From Mobula hypostoma (taxonomy: Eukaryota), in the NCBI RefSeq assembly GCF_963921235.1, contig NC_086097.1, positions 37,822,001-37,886,000 on the forward strand: a DNA stretch of 64,000 nucleotides, in the 5' to 3' direction. Below the pieces are notes generated by a model. The model saw only the letters and a program-made list of their open reading frames with translations, was not told the origin of the DNA and did no database searches. Of this stretch, positions 14,960-28,029 are shown one piece after another (the first letter of the stretch is position 1; each line of letters opens with the position of its first letter). The position numbers and the translations under genes were made by a program.

Positions 14960-15360
14960 ATCATAAGACAAGAGCAGAATTAGGCCACTCGGCCCATCGG
15001 GTCTGCTCCACCATTGCATCATGTCTAATTTATTTTCCATCCCAGTCTCATTCTCCTGTCTTCTCCCCATAATCTCAAGTGCAGGCCCAGAGCTATCAAA
15101 CACTCCTCGTATGTTAACTCTTTCATTCCTGAGATCATTCTTATGAACTTCCTCTGGAGCATCTCCAATGCCAGTCCATCTTTTAGATAAGGGGCCCAAA
15201 ACTGCTCACAATACTCCCAAGTGCGGCCTGATCAATGCCTTAATACTGAGGCTGCCTTGCATTTGTATTTATTCCTCTTGAAATGAATGCTAACATTACA
15301 TTTGCCTTCCATACCATCGACTCAGCCTGGAAGTTAACCTTTAGGGAATCCTGCATGAAT
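14960..15360 (-). mobile_element. CR1 3' fragment
   Basis: Reverse complement of CR1 ORF2 end and 3'UTR with CATAAGA tail. Confidence 0.75.
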
Positions 15361-16154
15361 AAGAATCAGAATCAGATTTAATACCACCGGCATATGTTGT
15401 GAAATTTATTAACTTTATGGCAACAGTACAATGAAATACATGATAAATAAATAGAGAAAAATTCCCAGAGTCACATTAAGTATATACATGTCTATTAAAA
15501 AGTTAAAACAAGTAGAGCAAAAAAAAACAAATTATAAAAAGTAGTGATGTAGTGTTCATCGGTTCAATGTCCATTTAGAAAAGTGATGGTGGAGGGTTAG
15601 AAGCTGTTCCTGAATTGCTAAGTGTGTGCCTTCAGGCTTCTGTACCTTCTTCCCGATGATGACAGTGTAAAGAGGAATGTCCTGGGCGATGGGACACCAC
15701 CTTCCGAAGGCACTGCTCCTTGGAGATGTCTTGGATACTATGGAGGCTGATACCCATAATGGAGCTGACTAATTTTACAAGTTTCTGCAACTAATTTTGA
15801 TCTTGTGCAGCAGCCCCACCCCCCTACCAGATTGTGATGCTCTTTACGGTACATTTGTAGAAGTTTTCAAGTGTTTTAGTTGACAAACTAAATTTCTGCA
15901 AACTCCTAATGAAATATAGCCACTGTCTTGCTTTCTTTATAGCTGCATCAATATGTTGCAACCAGGTTAGGTCCTCAGAGATATGGACACCCAGGAACTT
16001 CAGACTGCTCACTCTCTCCACTTCTGATCCTTCTATGAGGATTGGTTTGTGTTTTCTCGTCTTACCCTGTTTGAAGTCCACAATCAGCTCTTTGGTCTTG
16101 CTGACATTGAGTGCAAGGTTGTTGCTATGAAACCACCCAACTAACTGGTAGGTC

Positions 16155-16552
16155 TTAGAGCGACGGAGGATGAGAGGTGACCTGATAAAGGTGTACAAGA
16201 TAATGAGAGGCATTGATCGTGTTTGGATAGTCAGAGACATTTTCCCAGGGCTGAAATGGCTAGCACGAGAGGGCACAGTTTTAGGGTGCTTGGAAGTAGG
16301 TACAGAGGAGATGTCAGGGGTAAGTTGTTGTTGTTGTTTTTTATGCAGAGAGTGGTGACTGTGTGGAATGGGCTACCGACGTCAGTGGTGGAGCTAGAAA
16401 CGATAGGGTCTTTTAAGAGACTTCTGGATAGGTACATGGAGCTTAGAAAAATAGAGGGCTATGGGTAAGCCTAGGTAGTTCTAAGGTAAGGACATGTTCA
16501 GCACAGCTTTGTGGGCTGAAGGGCCTGTACTCTGCTGTAGGTTTTCTACGTT
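16155..16552 (+). mobile_element. CR1 3' fragment nested in Rex1
   Basis: MRGDLIKVYKIMRGIDRV, STRGHSF; Rex1 sequence resumes on both sides. Confidence 0.85.
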
Positions 16553-17271
16553 TGTAGCTTGCACCTGTATGCCTTTTCGCCACTCTCTGAAATTCTGTTT
16601 ACAATGGTTGTATTATCAACAAATTTATAGATGCTGTTTGAGTTATGCCTAGCCACACAGTCATGGGTGTAGGGAGAACAGAGCCATGGGCTAAGCACAT
16701 ATTCCTGTGGAGCGCTAATGCTAATTGTCAGCGAGGTGCAGACATTATTTCCAATCTGTACAGATTGTGGTCTTCCGGTTGAGAAGTCGAGGTGTCCAGT
16801 TGGAGAGGGACGTGTAGAGGCCTAGGTCCTGTAGCTTTTCGATCAGGACTGCAGGAATGATGGTGTTGAATGCTGAGCTATGGTTAATAAACAGCATCCT
16901 GACATAGGTATTTGCATTGTCCAAGTGATCCAAGGCTGCGTGAAGAGCCATTGAGATCATGCCTGCTGTAAACCTACTGTGATGACAGGCAAATTGCAGT
17001 GGGTCCAGTTTCTTCCTGAGACAGGTGTTGGTTCTAGCCATGAGCAACCTCTCAAAGCATTTCATCACCATAGATGTGAGTGCTACTGGACAATAGTCAT
17101 GGGGCAGTTCACGCTGCTCTCTTGGGCTCTGGTGTAATTGTTGCCCTTTTGAAGCAGGTGGGAACTTCCAACTGCAGCAGTGAAAGAGTGAAAATGTCTT
17201 TGAATACTCCCACCAAGTTGGTTGATGTAGGTTTTCAGAGCCTTACCAAGTACTCCATCAGGCCCTGCTCC

Positions 17272-17530
17272 TTTGAGAGTTGAGGAAGAACTTTTTCACC
17301 CAGAGAGTGGTGGATATATGGAATGCTCTGTCCCAGACGGCTGTGGAGACCAAGTCTCTGGATGCTTTCAAAAAGGAGATGGATAGAGCTCTTAAAGATA
17401 GTGGAATCAAAGGCTATGGGTATAAGGCAGGAACTGGATACTGATAGTGGATGATCAGCCATGATCACAGTGAATGGCGGTGCTGGCTCGAAGGGCCAAA
17501 TGGCCTACTCCTGCACCTATTGTCTATTGT
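17272..17530 (+). mobile_element. CR1 3' fragment nested in Rex1
   Basis: ELRKNFFTQRVV...; GGGCCAAATGGCC hairpin, CTATTGT tail. Confidence 0.85.
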
Positions 17531-17569
17531 CCTTTGCGGGGGATCACCCTCTTGAAAGACAACACAACC

Positions 17570-18205
17570 TTAGATTAGATTAGATTATGAGGACACGCAG
17601 TCCTCTTTTATTGTCATTTAGTAATGCATGCATTAAGAAATGACACAATGTTTCTCCAGAATGATATCACAGAAACACATGACAAACCGACTTAAAAACT
17701 GACAAAAACCACATAACATATAGTTACAACAGTGCAAAGCAATACCATAATTTGATAAAGAACAGACCAATTGCACGGTATAAAGTCTCAAAGTCTCTTG
17801 AAAGTCCCATCATCTCACGCAGACGGTGAACCTCCAGCGCCGCAAGCTTGTCGATAAAGTATCCTGGAAAAATCCGACCACAGTCCGACTCTGAGTCCGT
17901 CCGAAAACTCCGAGCCTCCGACCAGCTCTCCGACACCGAGCACCGAGCACCATCTCTGCTGAGCGCTTCGACCCCGGCCCTGGCAACAGGCAAAGCCGAG
18001 GATTTGGGGCCTTCCCCTCCGGAGATTCTCGATTGCACAGTAGCAGCGGCAGCAAAGCGGGCATTTCAGAAATTTCTCCAGGTGTTCCTCCGTGCTTTTC
18101 ATGGGTCTCCATCAAATCAAGATTGTGCACAGCTCTCTAGTTAATACATACAATATCATTTGGAACGGCCGTGCGCACTGCGTGGCGCCGCCATCTTCTC
18201 CTCCC
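17570..18205 (-). mobile_element. ~635-bp non-coding retroelement, copy 1 (AAGATGGCGGCG head, (AATCT)n tail)
   Basis: Colinear reverse-complement match to 44233-44909. Confidence 0.88.
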
Positions 18206-19589
18206 TTCAAGACAGAGATCACAGGGTCATTGAATGCTGCAGGGATCCTCATAGCTATGGTTTTATTCTCCCTTTCTAGGCCAGTATAATAGGTGTTAAG
18301 CTCATCTGGCAGTGAAGCATCACTGCCATTTACGATGTTGAGTTTTACTTTGTAGGAGGTAATGGCCTGCAAAGCTTCCCAGAGTCGATGTGCATTCAAT
18401 GTTGCCTCCAGCCTCTCCCAGAATTGTTTCTTGGCTCTTGAAATAGCCCTCCACAAGTCATACCTGGTTTTCTTATACAGATCTGGGCCATCAGACCTAA
18501 ATGCCACAGATCTAGCCGTCAGCAGTCTACGAAACTCCTGGTTCATCCATGGCTTTTGGTTTGGGAATGCACAGTAAGTTTTCATAGGCACACACTCATC
18601 CACACAGATTTTAATGAAGTCGGTGACAACTTTGGCATACTCATCCAAGCTCGAATATGACTCTCCAGTCCACTGATTCAAAGCAGTCCTGTAGATGCTC
18701 CTGTGCCACACTGGTCCATACCTTCTTGGTCCTCACTACTGGTACAGCAGCCTTCATTCTCTGCCTATACTCAGGGAGTATAAGTACAGCCAGGTGATCA
18801 CTTCCCAAAGTGCAGGCATGGAACAGAACAGCAGGCACTCTTGAACGTAGTGTAACAGTGGTCCAGTGTGTTATTTCCTCTGGTACTACAGGTGATTTGT
18901 TAATTATTATTTAGTGACTTTATCAAGCTAGCCTGGTTAAAATCCCCCAAAATGATGGCAAAGGCATCAGGATATGCTGTTTCATGGCTATTGATGACAT
19001 TGCTCAGCACTTAATTGCGAGGTACTCCAGGTCTGGTGATCAATATTGGGACATCACCAACACATTAGTACACCACAGGGAGTTGATCATGAGGCATACA
19101 CCTCCTCCTCTGCTTTTGAGAGACTCAACCAACCTATCTTGACGATGTATTGCGAACCCATCTATTCAGATCGTTGTGTCCAGCATGGAAGGGCTTAATC
19201 AAGATTCTGTAAAACAAAGGATGCACGCGTTCCTAACATCCCTCTGATACAACACACTAGCTCTGAGATCATCAATTTTCTTTACCAGAGACTGCATGTT
19301 TGCCAGCAAGATTGTTGGTATTCGGAGTCAAAAACCTCTTTTATTTTAAAACACACCGTCAGACCAGCACATCAACTCCTCTTTCACCGGCAGTTTCTTA
19401 AAGGGGCAACGTGCCGGCCATAGTCTGATCTAATTCTGTCAGTTTTAAGCAGCAATATTTGGTTCAGTTGGATTGGAACTTCATCACTGACTGTACACAT
19501 CATAGATGCAGATATGGTTCTCAGCTGCAGCAGGCTAAAATAAGAATATTTGATGTTCTCCATCATTTTCAATGAGAGCTGTTGTTAGG

Positions 19590-21500
19590 GTTGTCCAAGA
19601 TGTTGGCGCCCCAGAAATAGGACTCCCAAGTCCCTCCACACCTCTGATTTTTGAATTTTCTCCCCATTTATCAAAGTCCATGCCTTTATTTGTCCTGTCA
19701 AAGTGCATAGCCATGTACTTTCCTGCACTATATTCCATCTGCCATTTCCCTCACTCTGTACAAGATTTTTCTGCTGACACCTTACTTCCTTAACACTACC
19801 TGCCCCTCTGCCAACCTTGTATTGTCCATAATCTTGGCCACAAAGCTATCAATTCCTATATCCAAATGATTAACATACAAAGTGTAAAGAAGTGGTCCCA
19901 AGATCGACCCCTGTGGCACACCACTAGTTACCAGTAGCCAACCAGAAAAGGCTCCCTTTTCTCCCCCACTCTGTCCCTCCTGCCAGGCAGGCAATCTTCT
20001 ATCCATGCTAGTATCTTTGCTATAATACTGTGGACTCTTAGCTTGTTAAGAAACCTGGTTAAAGGCTTTCTGAAAATCCAAATAAGCAACATCCACTGGC
20101 TCTCCTTTGTCTATCTTGCCTGTTATTTCCTCAAAGAATTCCAACAGATTTGTCAGGCAAGATTTCTCCTTTAGAAAATCATGCTGACTTTGACTTAGTT
20201 TATCATGCCCCCTGTAAAATTAGGTTAAACCCTCCCCAACATCTCTAGCAAACCTGCTCGCATGGATATTGGTCCCTCTCGGGTTCAGACGTAACCCATT
20301 GTTTTTGGACAGATATCTTCCCCAGAAGAGATCCCAATGATCCAGAAATCTGAAACCCTGCCCTCTGCACCAATTCCTCAGCCAGATCACCCTATTCTTA
20401 CCTTCCCTGACATGTGGCACAGGCAGCAATCCAGACATCAGTACCCTGGAGGTCCTGTTTTTCAGCTTTCTGCCTGACTTCCTATATTTTCTCTTCAAGA
20501 TCTCCTCCCTTTTCCTACCAACGTATATTGTTGGTACCAACATGTCCCACAACTTCCAGCTGTTCACCCTCTCCCTTTAGAATGCCATGGACCCAATCCT
20601 AGATACACTTGACCCTGGCACTTGGGAGAAAACATACCACCTGGGTGTCTGTCTCACGCCCACAGAAGCTGCTTTTTGCTCCTGTAATTGTGGAATCCCC
20701 TAACACCACTGCACTCCTCTTCTCTCCCCCTTACCTTCTGACCCACAGAGCTAGACTCAGTGCCAGAGGCCAGATCACTGTGGCTTCTCCCTGGTAGATC
20801 ACTGCCCCCTCTCCCAAAACTATCCAAAGTGGTATACTTATTATTCAGGGGTACACCCACAGAGATACTCTGCACTGATTCCTAATTACTTTCCATCTCA
20901 TGACAATCACCCAGGTACCTGCTTCCTGCAACTTAGGGGTGACTACCCCCTTGTAGCTCCTATCCATCACCTCCTCGTTCACCCACATGAGCCGAAGGTC
21001 ATCCAGTTGTAGCTCCAGCTCCTTAACACGGTCCCTATAGAGCTGCAGCTTGATGCGTATTAAGCAGATGTAGTTATCAGGGAGACTGGAAATTTCCCAG
21101 TCTCACACAAGGAACATAAAACTACCTCTGGATCTATTCTCAACACACTAGCTATGTACTAACAGAAAAAAACCTTAAAAAAAAACTTTCTTATTTACTT
21201 ACCTAGAACCCCCACCTGTGCTTTACTAAGCCTGTCGAGCCAAAGCCGGATCACTCTAACACTGGACCACTGCAACAATGGCAGCTCCACTTACAACTCC
21301 TTGCTTTTTAGTGGCCTATGCTGATTTCAGCCCAATTAGAGAAAGCTGAAAGCTCCTGAACTCTTTTTAAACTTAGTGCTGTGTCAACAATGAACAGCCT
21401 CTTCTGCTGATTTTAGCCTGATGAAAGAAAGCTGAAAGAGTCCAAGCTCTTTACCAACGAGCAACCTCTGGCACTGATTTCAGCCCAATGAAAGTCTAAA
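19590..21500 (-). mobile_element. CR1 LINE with large internal deletion (5'UTR + ORF1 joined to RT fragment)
   Basis: ORF1 remnants 21100-20220 (FLDHWDLFWGR...VGEGLT) directly followed by RT remnants (GVPQGSILGPLL). Confidence 0.85.
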
Positions 21501-24500
21501 ATCTACAGACAAAGACTGACAAACAACCAATGTGCAAATACAAAAAAATGAATAAAAATGAATAACTAAATAAACAATACTGAGAACATTAGTTGTAAAA
21601 TCCTTGAAAGTGAGTCCACAGGTTGCGGAATCAGTTCAAAGCTGAGGTGAATGAAGTTATCGACGTTGGTTCAGGAGGCTGATGGCTTAAGGGTAATAAC
21701 TGTTCCTGAACTGATGGTGTGGGACCCAAGGCTCCTGTACCTCTGTCCTGATGACAGCAGTGAGAAGAAAGCATGGCCTGGATGGTGTGAATCTTTGATG
21801 ATGTATGGTCCTTTCCTGTGGTAATGGTCCTTGTAGATGTGTTCAATGGTGGGACGAGATTATGCTGTGATAGACTGAGCTGGATCCACTACTTTTTGTA
21901 GACTTTCCCATTTCTGGACATTGGTGTTTCCAAACCAGGCTGTGATGTATCCAGCCAGGATATTTGCCTCTTGCATCTATAAGGCTTTGACAAAGTTTTA
22001 GATGATATGCTGAATCCATGCCAACTTCTTTAAAAAAAAGAGGCACTGCTATACCTTCTTTGTAATGGCACTTATGTGCTGGACCCAAGAGAGATCCACT
22101 GAAATGATAAGCCAAGGAATTTAAAGTTACTGACCTTCCCCACTTCTGAGTCCCTAATAAAGGGTGGCTCATGGACCCCCATTTTCTTCCTCCTAGAGTC
22201 AATAATCAGCTCTTTAGTTTTGGTTAAGTTGAGTGACAGGTTGTCGTTATGGCACCATTCAACCAGATTTTCAATCTTAATCTGTATGCCGATCTGTCAC
22301 CACCTTTGATTTGGCCAACAACAGTGGTGTTGTTAGCAAACTTAAATATGGCACTGGAGCTCTACTTAGCCTTACATAAGACCATAAGACCATAAGACAA
22401 AGGAGCGGAAGTCGGCCGTTCGGCCTATCGAGTCTGCTCCGCCATTTTATCATGAGCTGATCCATTCTCCCATTTAGTCCTACTCCCCCGCCTTCTCACC
22501 ATAACCTTTGATGCCCTGGCTACTCAGATACCTATCAATCTCTGCCTTAAATACACACAATGACTTGGCCTCCACTGCTGCCCGTGGCACCAAATTCCAT
22601 AGATTCACCACCCTCTGACTAAAAAAATTCCTTCGCATTTCTGTTCTGAATGGGCGCCCTTCAATCCTTAAGTCATGCCCTCTCGTGCTAGACTCCCCCA
22701 TCATGGGAAACAACTTTGCCACATCCACCCTGTCCATGCCTTTCAACATTTGAAATGTTTCTATGAAGTCTCCCCTCATTCTTCTAAACTCCAAGGAATA
22801 CAGTCCAAGAGCGGACAAACGTTCCTCATATGTTAACCCTCTCATTCCCGGAATCATTCTAGTGAATCTTCTCTGTACCCTCTCCAACGTCAGCACATCC
22901 TTTCTTAAATAAGGAGACCAAAACTGCCCACAGTACTCCAAGTGAGGTCTCACCAGCACCTTATAGAGCCTCAACATCACATCCCTGCTCCTATACTCTA
23001 TTCCTCTAGAAATGAATGCCAACATTGCATTCGCCTTCTTCACTACTGACTCAACCTGGAGGTTAACTTTAAGGGTATCCTGTACCAGGACTCCCTGACT
23101 CTCTTCCCTGACACCCTTGAGCGTCTGGTATACTGCTGATGTCTTCCTCAGTGAAGACTGATGCAAAATACTCGTTCAGTTCCTCTGCCATCTCCTTATC
23201 TCCCATTACAATTTCTCCAGCATCATTTTCTATCGGTCCTATATCTACTCTCACCTGTATTTTACTCTTTATATACTTGAAAAAGCTTTTAGTATCCTCT
23301 TTGATATTATTTGCTAGCTTCCTTTCATAGTTAATCTTTTCCCTCTTAATGACCTTCTTGGTTTCCTTTTGTAAGGTTTTAAAAACTTCCCAATCCTCTG
23401 TCTTCCCACTAATTTTTGCTTCCTTGTATGCCCTCTCCTTTGCTTTAACTTTGGCTTTGACTTCTCTTGTCAACCACGGTTGCATCCTTTTTCCACTCGA
23501 AAATTTCTTCTTCTTTGGAATATACCTGTCTTGCACCGTCCTCACTTCTCACATAAACTCCAGCCACTGCTGCATAACTACAAAATATACTACAGTCATA
23601 AGTATAAATGAGTAGAGCAGGGGGCTAAGCACACAGCCTCATGGTGCATCTGTGCTGATGGAGATTGTGGAGGAGATGTTGGAGGGCCAAACCAAAGTGA
23701 GGAAATTGAGGATCCAATTGCATAAGTAGGTATTGTGGCCAAGATCTGGAAGCTTATTGATTAGTTATGAGGGGATGATAGTGTTGAATGCTGAACTGTA
23801 GTCAATGAGCAGCATCCTGATGTATGCATCTTCACTTTCCAGATGTTTCAGAGCTGAGTGAAAAGCTGATGAAATGGCATCTACTGTTGCCCTGTTGTGA
23901 AAGAAGGCAAATTGGAACAGATCAAAGTCATTCCTCAGGCAGACATTGATATGCTTCATGTCCAACCTCTCAAAGCACTTCATCACAGTCAATGTAACTG
24001 CTACTGGACAACAATCATTGAGGCAGGTTATTACGTTCTTCTTGGGCTCCAGTATAATTGAAGTGTGCTTGAAGCAGGTGGGTATCTTATACTGCTGAAG
24101 TGAGAGGTTAAAGATATCTGTCAACATTCCAGCCAGTTGGTTAGCACAGGTTTTCAATACACCGTCTGGGTAAGATGCCTTCCACGGGTTCACCCTACAG
24201 AGACTGAAATCACAGGGTCATCGGGGGCTGTGGGACTCCGTGAAGGAGCCTCCAGGTTTTGACAGTCAAGTGCGAGCATAAGAGGTATTAAGGTCATTTG
24301 GGAGCAAAACCTTATTGTCATAAATATTGTTTGGTTTTGCTTTGTAGGGGGTGATAGCATTCAAGCACTGCCCCAGCTGTTAAGCATCCTTCTATGAATC
24401 AACTTTGGTCTAGAATTGCATGTGAGATGGTTTTCCAGAGGTCATACTTGGACCTTTTATAACTTCCTTGGTCACTAGACTTGAACACCTCCAAACTAGC

Positions 24501-24990
24501 CCTCAGCAGATGCGGATCTCTTGGTTTATCCAGAGCTTCCGGTTAGGAAACAGTCTGAATGATTTTGTGGGGACACACTTGTCCACAAGTGTCTTTATAA
24601 AATCCATGATAAACATAACATATTCATTCACATCCTCTGAGGAGTTCCTGAACATGGCTCAGTCCACCGGCTCAAGCAATCCTTCAGCCGTTCCTCTGCC
24701 TCTTGTTACTACCACTTTGTTATCCTTACATCTAGTGCTTTGCTCTTTAATTTCTGCCTGTATGCAGGTAGGAATAGGACAACCAGACGCACAGATTATC
24801 CAAAATATGGTCTAGAGATGGAATGGAAGGCATTCTTGATGCTAGCGTAGCAATGGTTGAGTGTGTTAGGGCCCCTGGTGCTGCAGATGATGTGCTGATG
24901 ATAAATAGGCAGAGATTACTTCAAGCAAGTATGATGGAAGTCCCTGGCAAAGATGTGAAAGGCATCAATGTAGACTGTTTCTTGTAGAAT
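21500..24990 (-). mobile_element. Degenerate Rex1/Babar LINE split by a CR1 insertion
   Basis: ORF 23765..24193 (LKTCANQLAG...VMKCFERL...[11 protein letters not shown]); RT coding continues on the other side of the 22376-23575 insert. Confidence 0.85.
22376..23575 (-). mobile_element. CR1 3' fragment lacking the RT core, nested in Rex1
   Basis: ORFs 23069..23545 and 22480..23166; (TCTTATGG)n tail at 22377-22400. Confidence 0.9.
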
Positions 24991-25897
24991 AATCATTGCA
25001 CTCAATACATCTGAGATGTTGACGCTCAGGACCTGAAGCTGCTCACCCCACAAAGAGGACTGATACGTATTCTCCCGACTTTCCCTTTCTGAATTCCACA
25101 ATCAAATTTTTGGTCTTGCTGAAGTTGAGTGTGAGGTTTTTGTTGCAATACTACTCAACCAGTTGATATATCTCATTCCTGTTTGCATCCTCATCACCAT
25201 CTGCGATTCTACCTACAGTTGTCTCACTGGCAAATTTATAGATATTGTCTAATGGTTTATGTTATTAGTTTAAAGCATTCATCTATTCTAATGAAAACTC
25301 AGCCTAAAATGTTCCTCCCCCCAGCTGCCTAATTGGTTCTACTTCCAGCGCTTTCTATATTTACTTAATTTTATTCAATGTAATAAGATAGTAAATACAA
25401 TATCCAATTCGCAGGCAGCATAATCTACATTTGTAATGTTGATAGAGAGATAAATATAGGCTAAAATACTGAGAGAAACTCTCGTTTTATTCACCTCCAT
25501 CTTCTGGGATAGATTGGTCTTTGTTTTTAATCTTTACTGAGTGTTCTAATGTCTTCAAAGATGCAACACTCTATCAACACTAAAATGGAGGAACAAACAA
25601 TCTGCTGGAGGAACCTGGCAGGTCAACCTGGGGGAGGCGGGCTGAGGAAGGGAAGGAATTGTTGAGCTTTTGGATCAGAGCCTTGAATAAGGATCTTGAT
25701 TTTTGTGCTAAAGTTACTGAAGCAGGACTTCAACCCTTGTTCTTATGACTTGGATGTTAAAGTACTAACAACTAATCTTTGTTTATATGCCTTATACTTC
25801 CATTCAAATGGAATTACTTTGTTTTTATAAAGAACATTTTAGAAATTAAAGGAAAAAGGCTAGATAATGGAATTGATAATGCACAAATCATATTTAC

Positions 25898-26118
25898 CTT
25901 TAAATAGTAGACCTCACAGTTGTTACTAATGTGGTTGTTTCCTAAACATAATTCGGTTAGGGCATAAAGTTTCTGTAAACCACGTAGAGAAGAAATGTTG
26001 TTGAATTCTAATGACAGATAGTGGAGATGTGTTAACTTATCTAGACCAGAATCTTCCAAATCTTTCAATTGATTATTACCAAGATTCAATCGAGTTAGGT
26101 TGGTCAGCTTTGATATCC
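25898..26118 (-). CDS. LRRC9: LRRC9 exon, LRRs ([18 protein letters not shown]...LTELCLGNNHISNNCEVYYLK)
   Basis: taatAG acceptor, GTAAAT donor, 221 nt, phase 1 to 0; inside ORF 25814..26131. Confidence 0.95.
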
Positions 26119-26449
26119 CTATTAATAACAAAAATAAATAAATAAAAATCCAGGAAAAAACAATAACAAATGAACATGCCTTTACAGGAACAAAACAAAA
26201 TTCTTAAGTATAGGGATAGTAGTTTAGTAAGTGTGCCATAATATACCTCACATTACACAATATTACGAAGTACTTCAGAGACAATAAACAGTTTTTAAAA
26301 TATTTACTTATTATGAAACAGTAAGTAACACCTGATCCCTATGGGCTTCCAACAAGGCAATTCCTTCAGTCTCATTAACTTCTCCTCACTTTTTTCTATA
26401 GTCCTGCGACTTCTTTTCACTCATATGTCCATCAACTCCCATTTAATTC

Positions 26450-26625
26450 TTTTGCCATGTACTTACACTATGGGGAGATTTACAGCATCCAGTTGACTTG
26501 TCAATCCTTCTATGAAACAGGGGACAAAACTGGAGTACCCAGCAGAAACCGGGACAGTCACACCGATTTGAACTGGGTTCCTGGAACAGTGAGGCAACAG
26601 ACCAAACTGCTGTGCCACGTTATCA
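26450..26625 (-). mobile_element. tRNA-derived SINE
   Basis: Minus strand GTGGCACAGCAGTTTGG (A-box-like), CAGTTCAAATC (B-box-like), GGGTACTCCAGTTT body. Confidence 0.55.
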
Positions 26626-26884
26626 TCCTCTGCATCACCATGCCATGAAAATGCAGGATCATACAGCACATCTCACCTCTGCTGACTGACATGCCTCTCT
26701 ACACCAATCACATTTGTCAGCACTTGGCCCACATCAGGCCTGTATGCCTTCCTTATCTAAATACCCATCCAGTTGACTTTTAAACAAAACTGGAATGCTG
26801 GAAAAACTCAGCAAAAGGTGTAAGAAAGCTTTTCAGGTCAAAACCCTCCCTTCAGGACTGGGAAGGGAAAGGACAAGTTACCAG

Positions 26885-27775
26885 TGTGACGAGAATACAC
26901 ATAAATTAAGAGGTTAGCTGTCCTGTGCTGGCACCAGTGGGATCAGCAGTTGGTCTGCCACCTGTCTTCAGGAGAGAGAGAGATAAGGAAAACAATGGAG
27001 CAGCATTTGGAGATGTTGATGAAGGGACGGGAGAGAGTAACGGAAGGAGAGCTGTCAAGATCGGCTCCCCCTTTGAACCCTGAACTGTTTGAAGTGATGG
27101 ACAGGCGATACCCCAGCAGGGGGATAAAAAGGGACAGGTTCGCTAAGGCAGGACACACACGACACCCCGAGGTAACGAGACCCTGGAAGCGGTGCGTCTC
27201 TCACAAGTCGGTGGGAAGTTTTGGACGGCTGGTCGCGGGACAAGCCATAGACGCACAGGGTGGAAAGGCACGATCGGCGGGAACCTGGTGTGTGTCCACC
27301 CTTGCCTGGGTGCCGGGTTCACCGCAGAGAAACGATCGTATCTGGAAACGGAGGGGTCACGGTCGGTGACCTCAGATGACATCACAAAGGACTCGCCCGA
27401 AAGCTGACTGCGAAGGTCTGTGTGGAAGCCGTTTTGAATATTCATTCGTTTTGCTCTCTCTCTCCTTCCCCCCCACTGTCCATCGCCACGGCAGCGATTA
27501 CTGCGAACTGAACTGAACTAAATTGAACTGAACTTTGCGTCACTTTGAAACTGGTCATTTACCCCTAGACAACGATAGAGCTTGATTGATCCTGTTATCT
27601 TAATTCTGTGTACATGTATGTTTATCATTGCTGAACTGTTGCATTCATTATCCTTTTGATTAGAGTACTGTGTTGCTTGTTTCTTTAATAAAACTTTCTT
27701 AGTTCTAGTAATCCAGACTCCAACTGAGTGATCCATTTCTGCTGGTTTGGCAACCCAGTTATGGGGTACGTAACA
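26885..27775 (+). mobile_element. Solo LTR (Gypsy-type, 891 bp)
   Basis: TGTGACG...CGTAACA termini, CCAG 4-bp TSD (26881-26884, 27776-27779), AATAAA near 27687; inserted in an older Penelope-derived repeat. Confidence 0.88.
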
Positions 27776-28029
27776 CCAGTATAACCAGTAACAGCACATA
27801 GGGATGAGATAGAGGCTGGTAGTGATAGGTGGATGCAGATGAGAGGAATGAAGGCTAGATAGGGATGGGGGTGATGGATAGGTGATAGATGGAATCAAAT
27901 GATGAGGGGATGATGAGTAGATGGGGTAGGGGATAGGTGAGATAAATGAAGGGAGAAGAAAACTAAGAGGACAGGTGAGTGTGTGTGGGAGGTGAGCACA
28001 ATGGGTGTGTGTGCTTTTTCTAAAATTGG

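Larger units (their letters stand above)
15362..19500 (-). mobile_element. Near full-length degenerate Rex1/Babar LINE, interrupted by three younger insertions
   Basis: Minus strand ILLANMQSLVKKIDDL (APE start, ~19310), SDHLAV, FPNQKPWM, MKCFERL...LDPLQFA...[19 protein letters not shown]; (GATTCT)n tail at 15362. Confidence 0.9.

Noticed and set aside
26950..27898. ORFs of 100-139 aa
   Set aside because: Chance ORFs in the solo LTR and adjacent low-complexity repeat.
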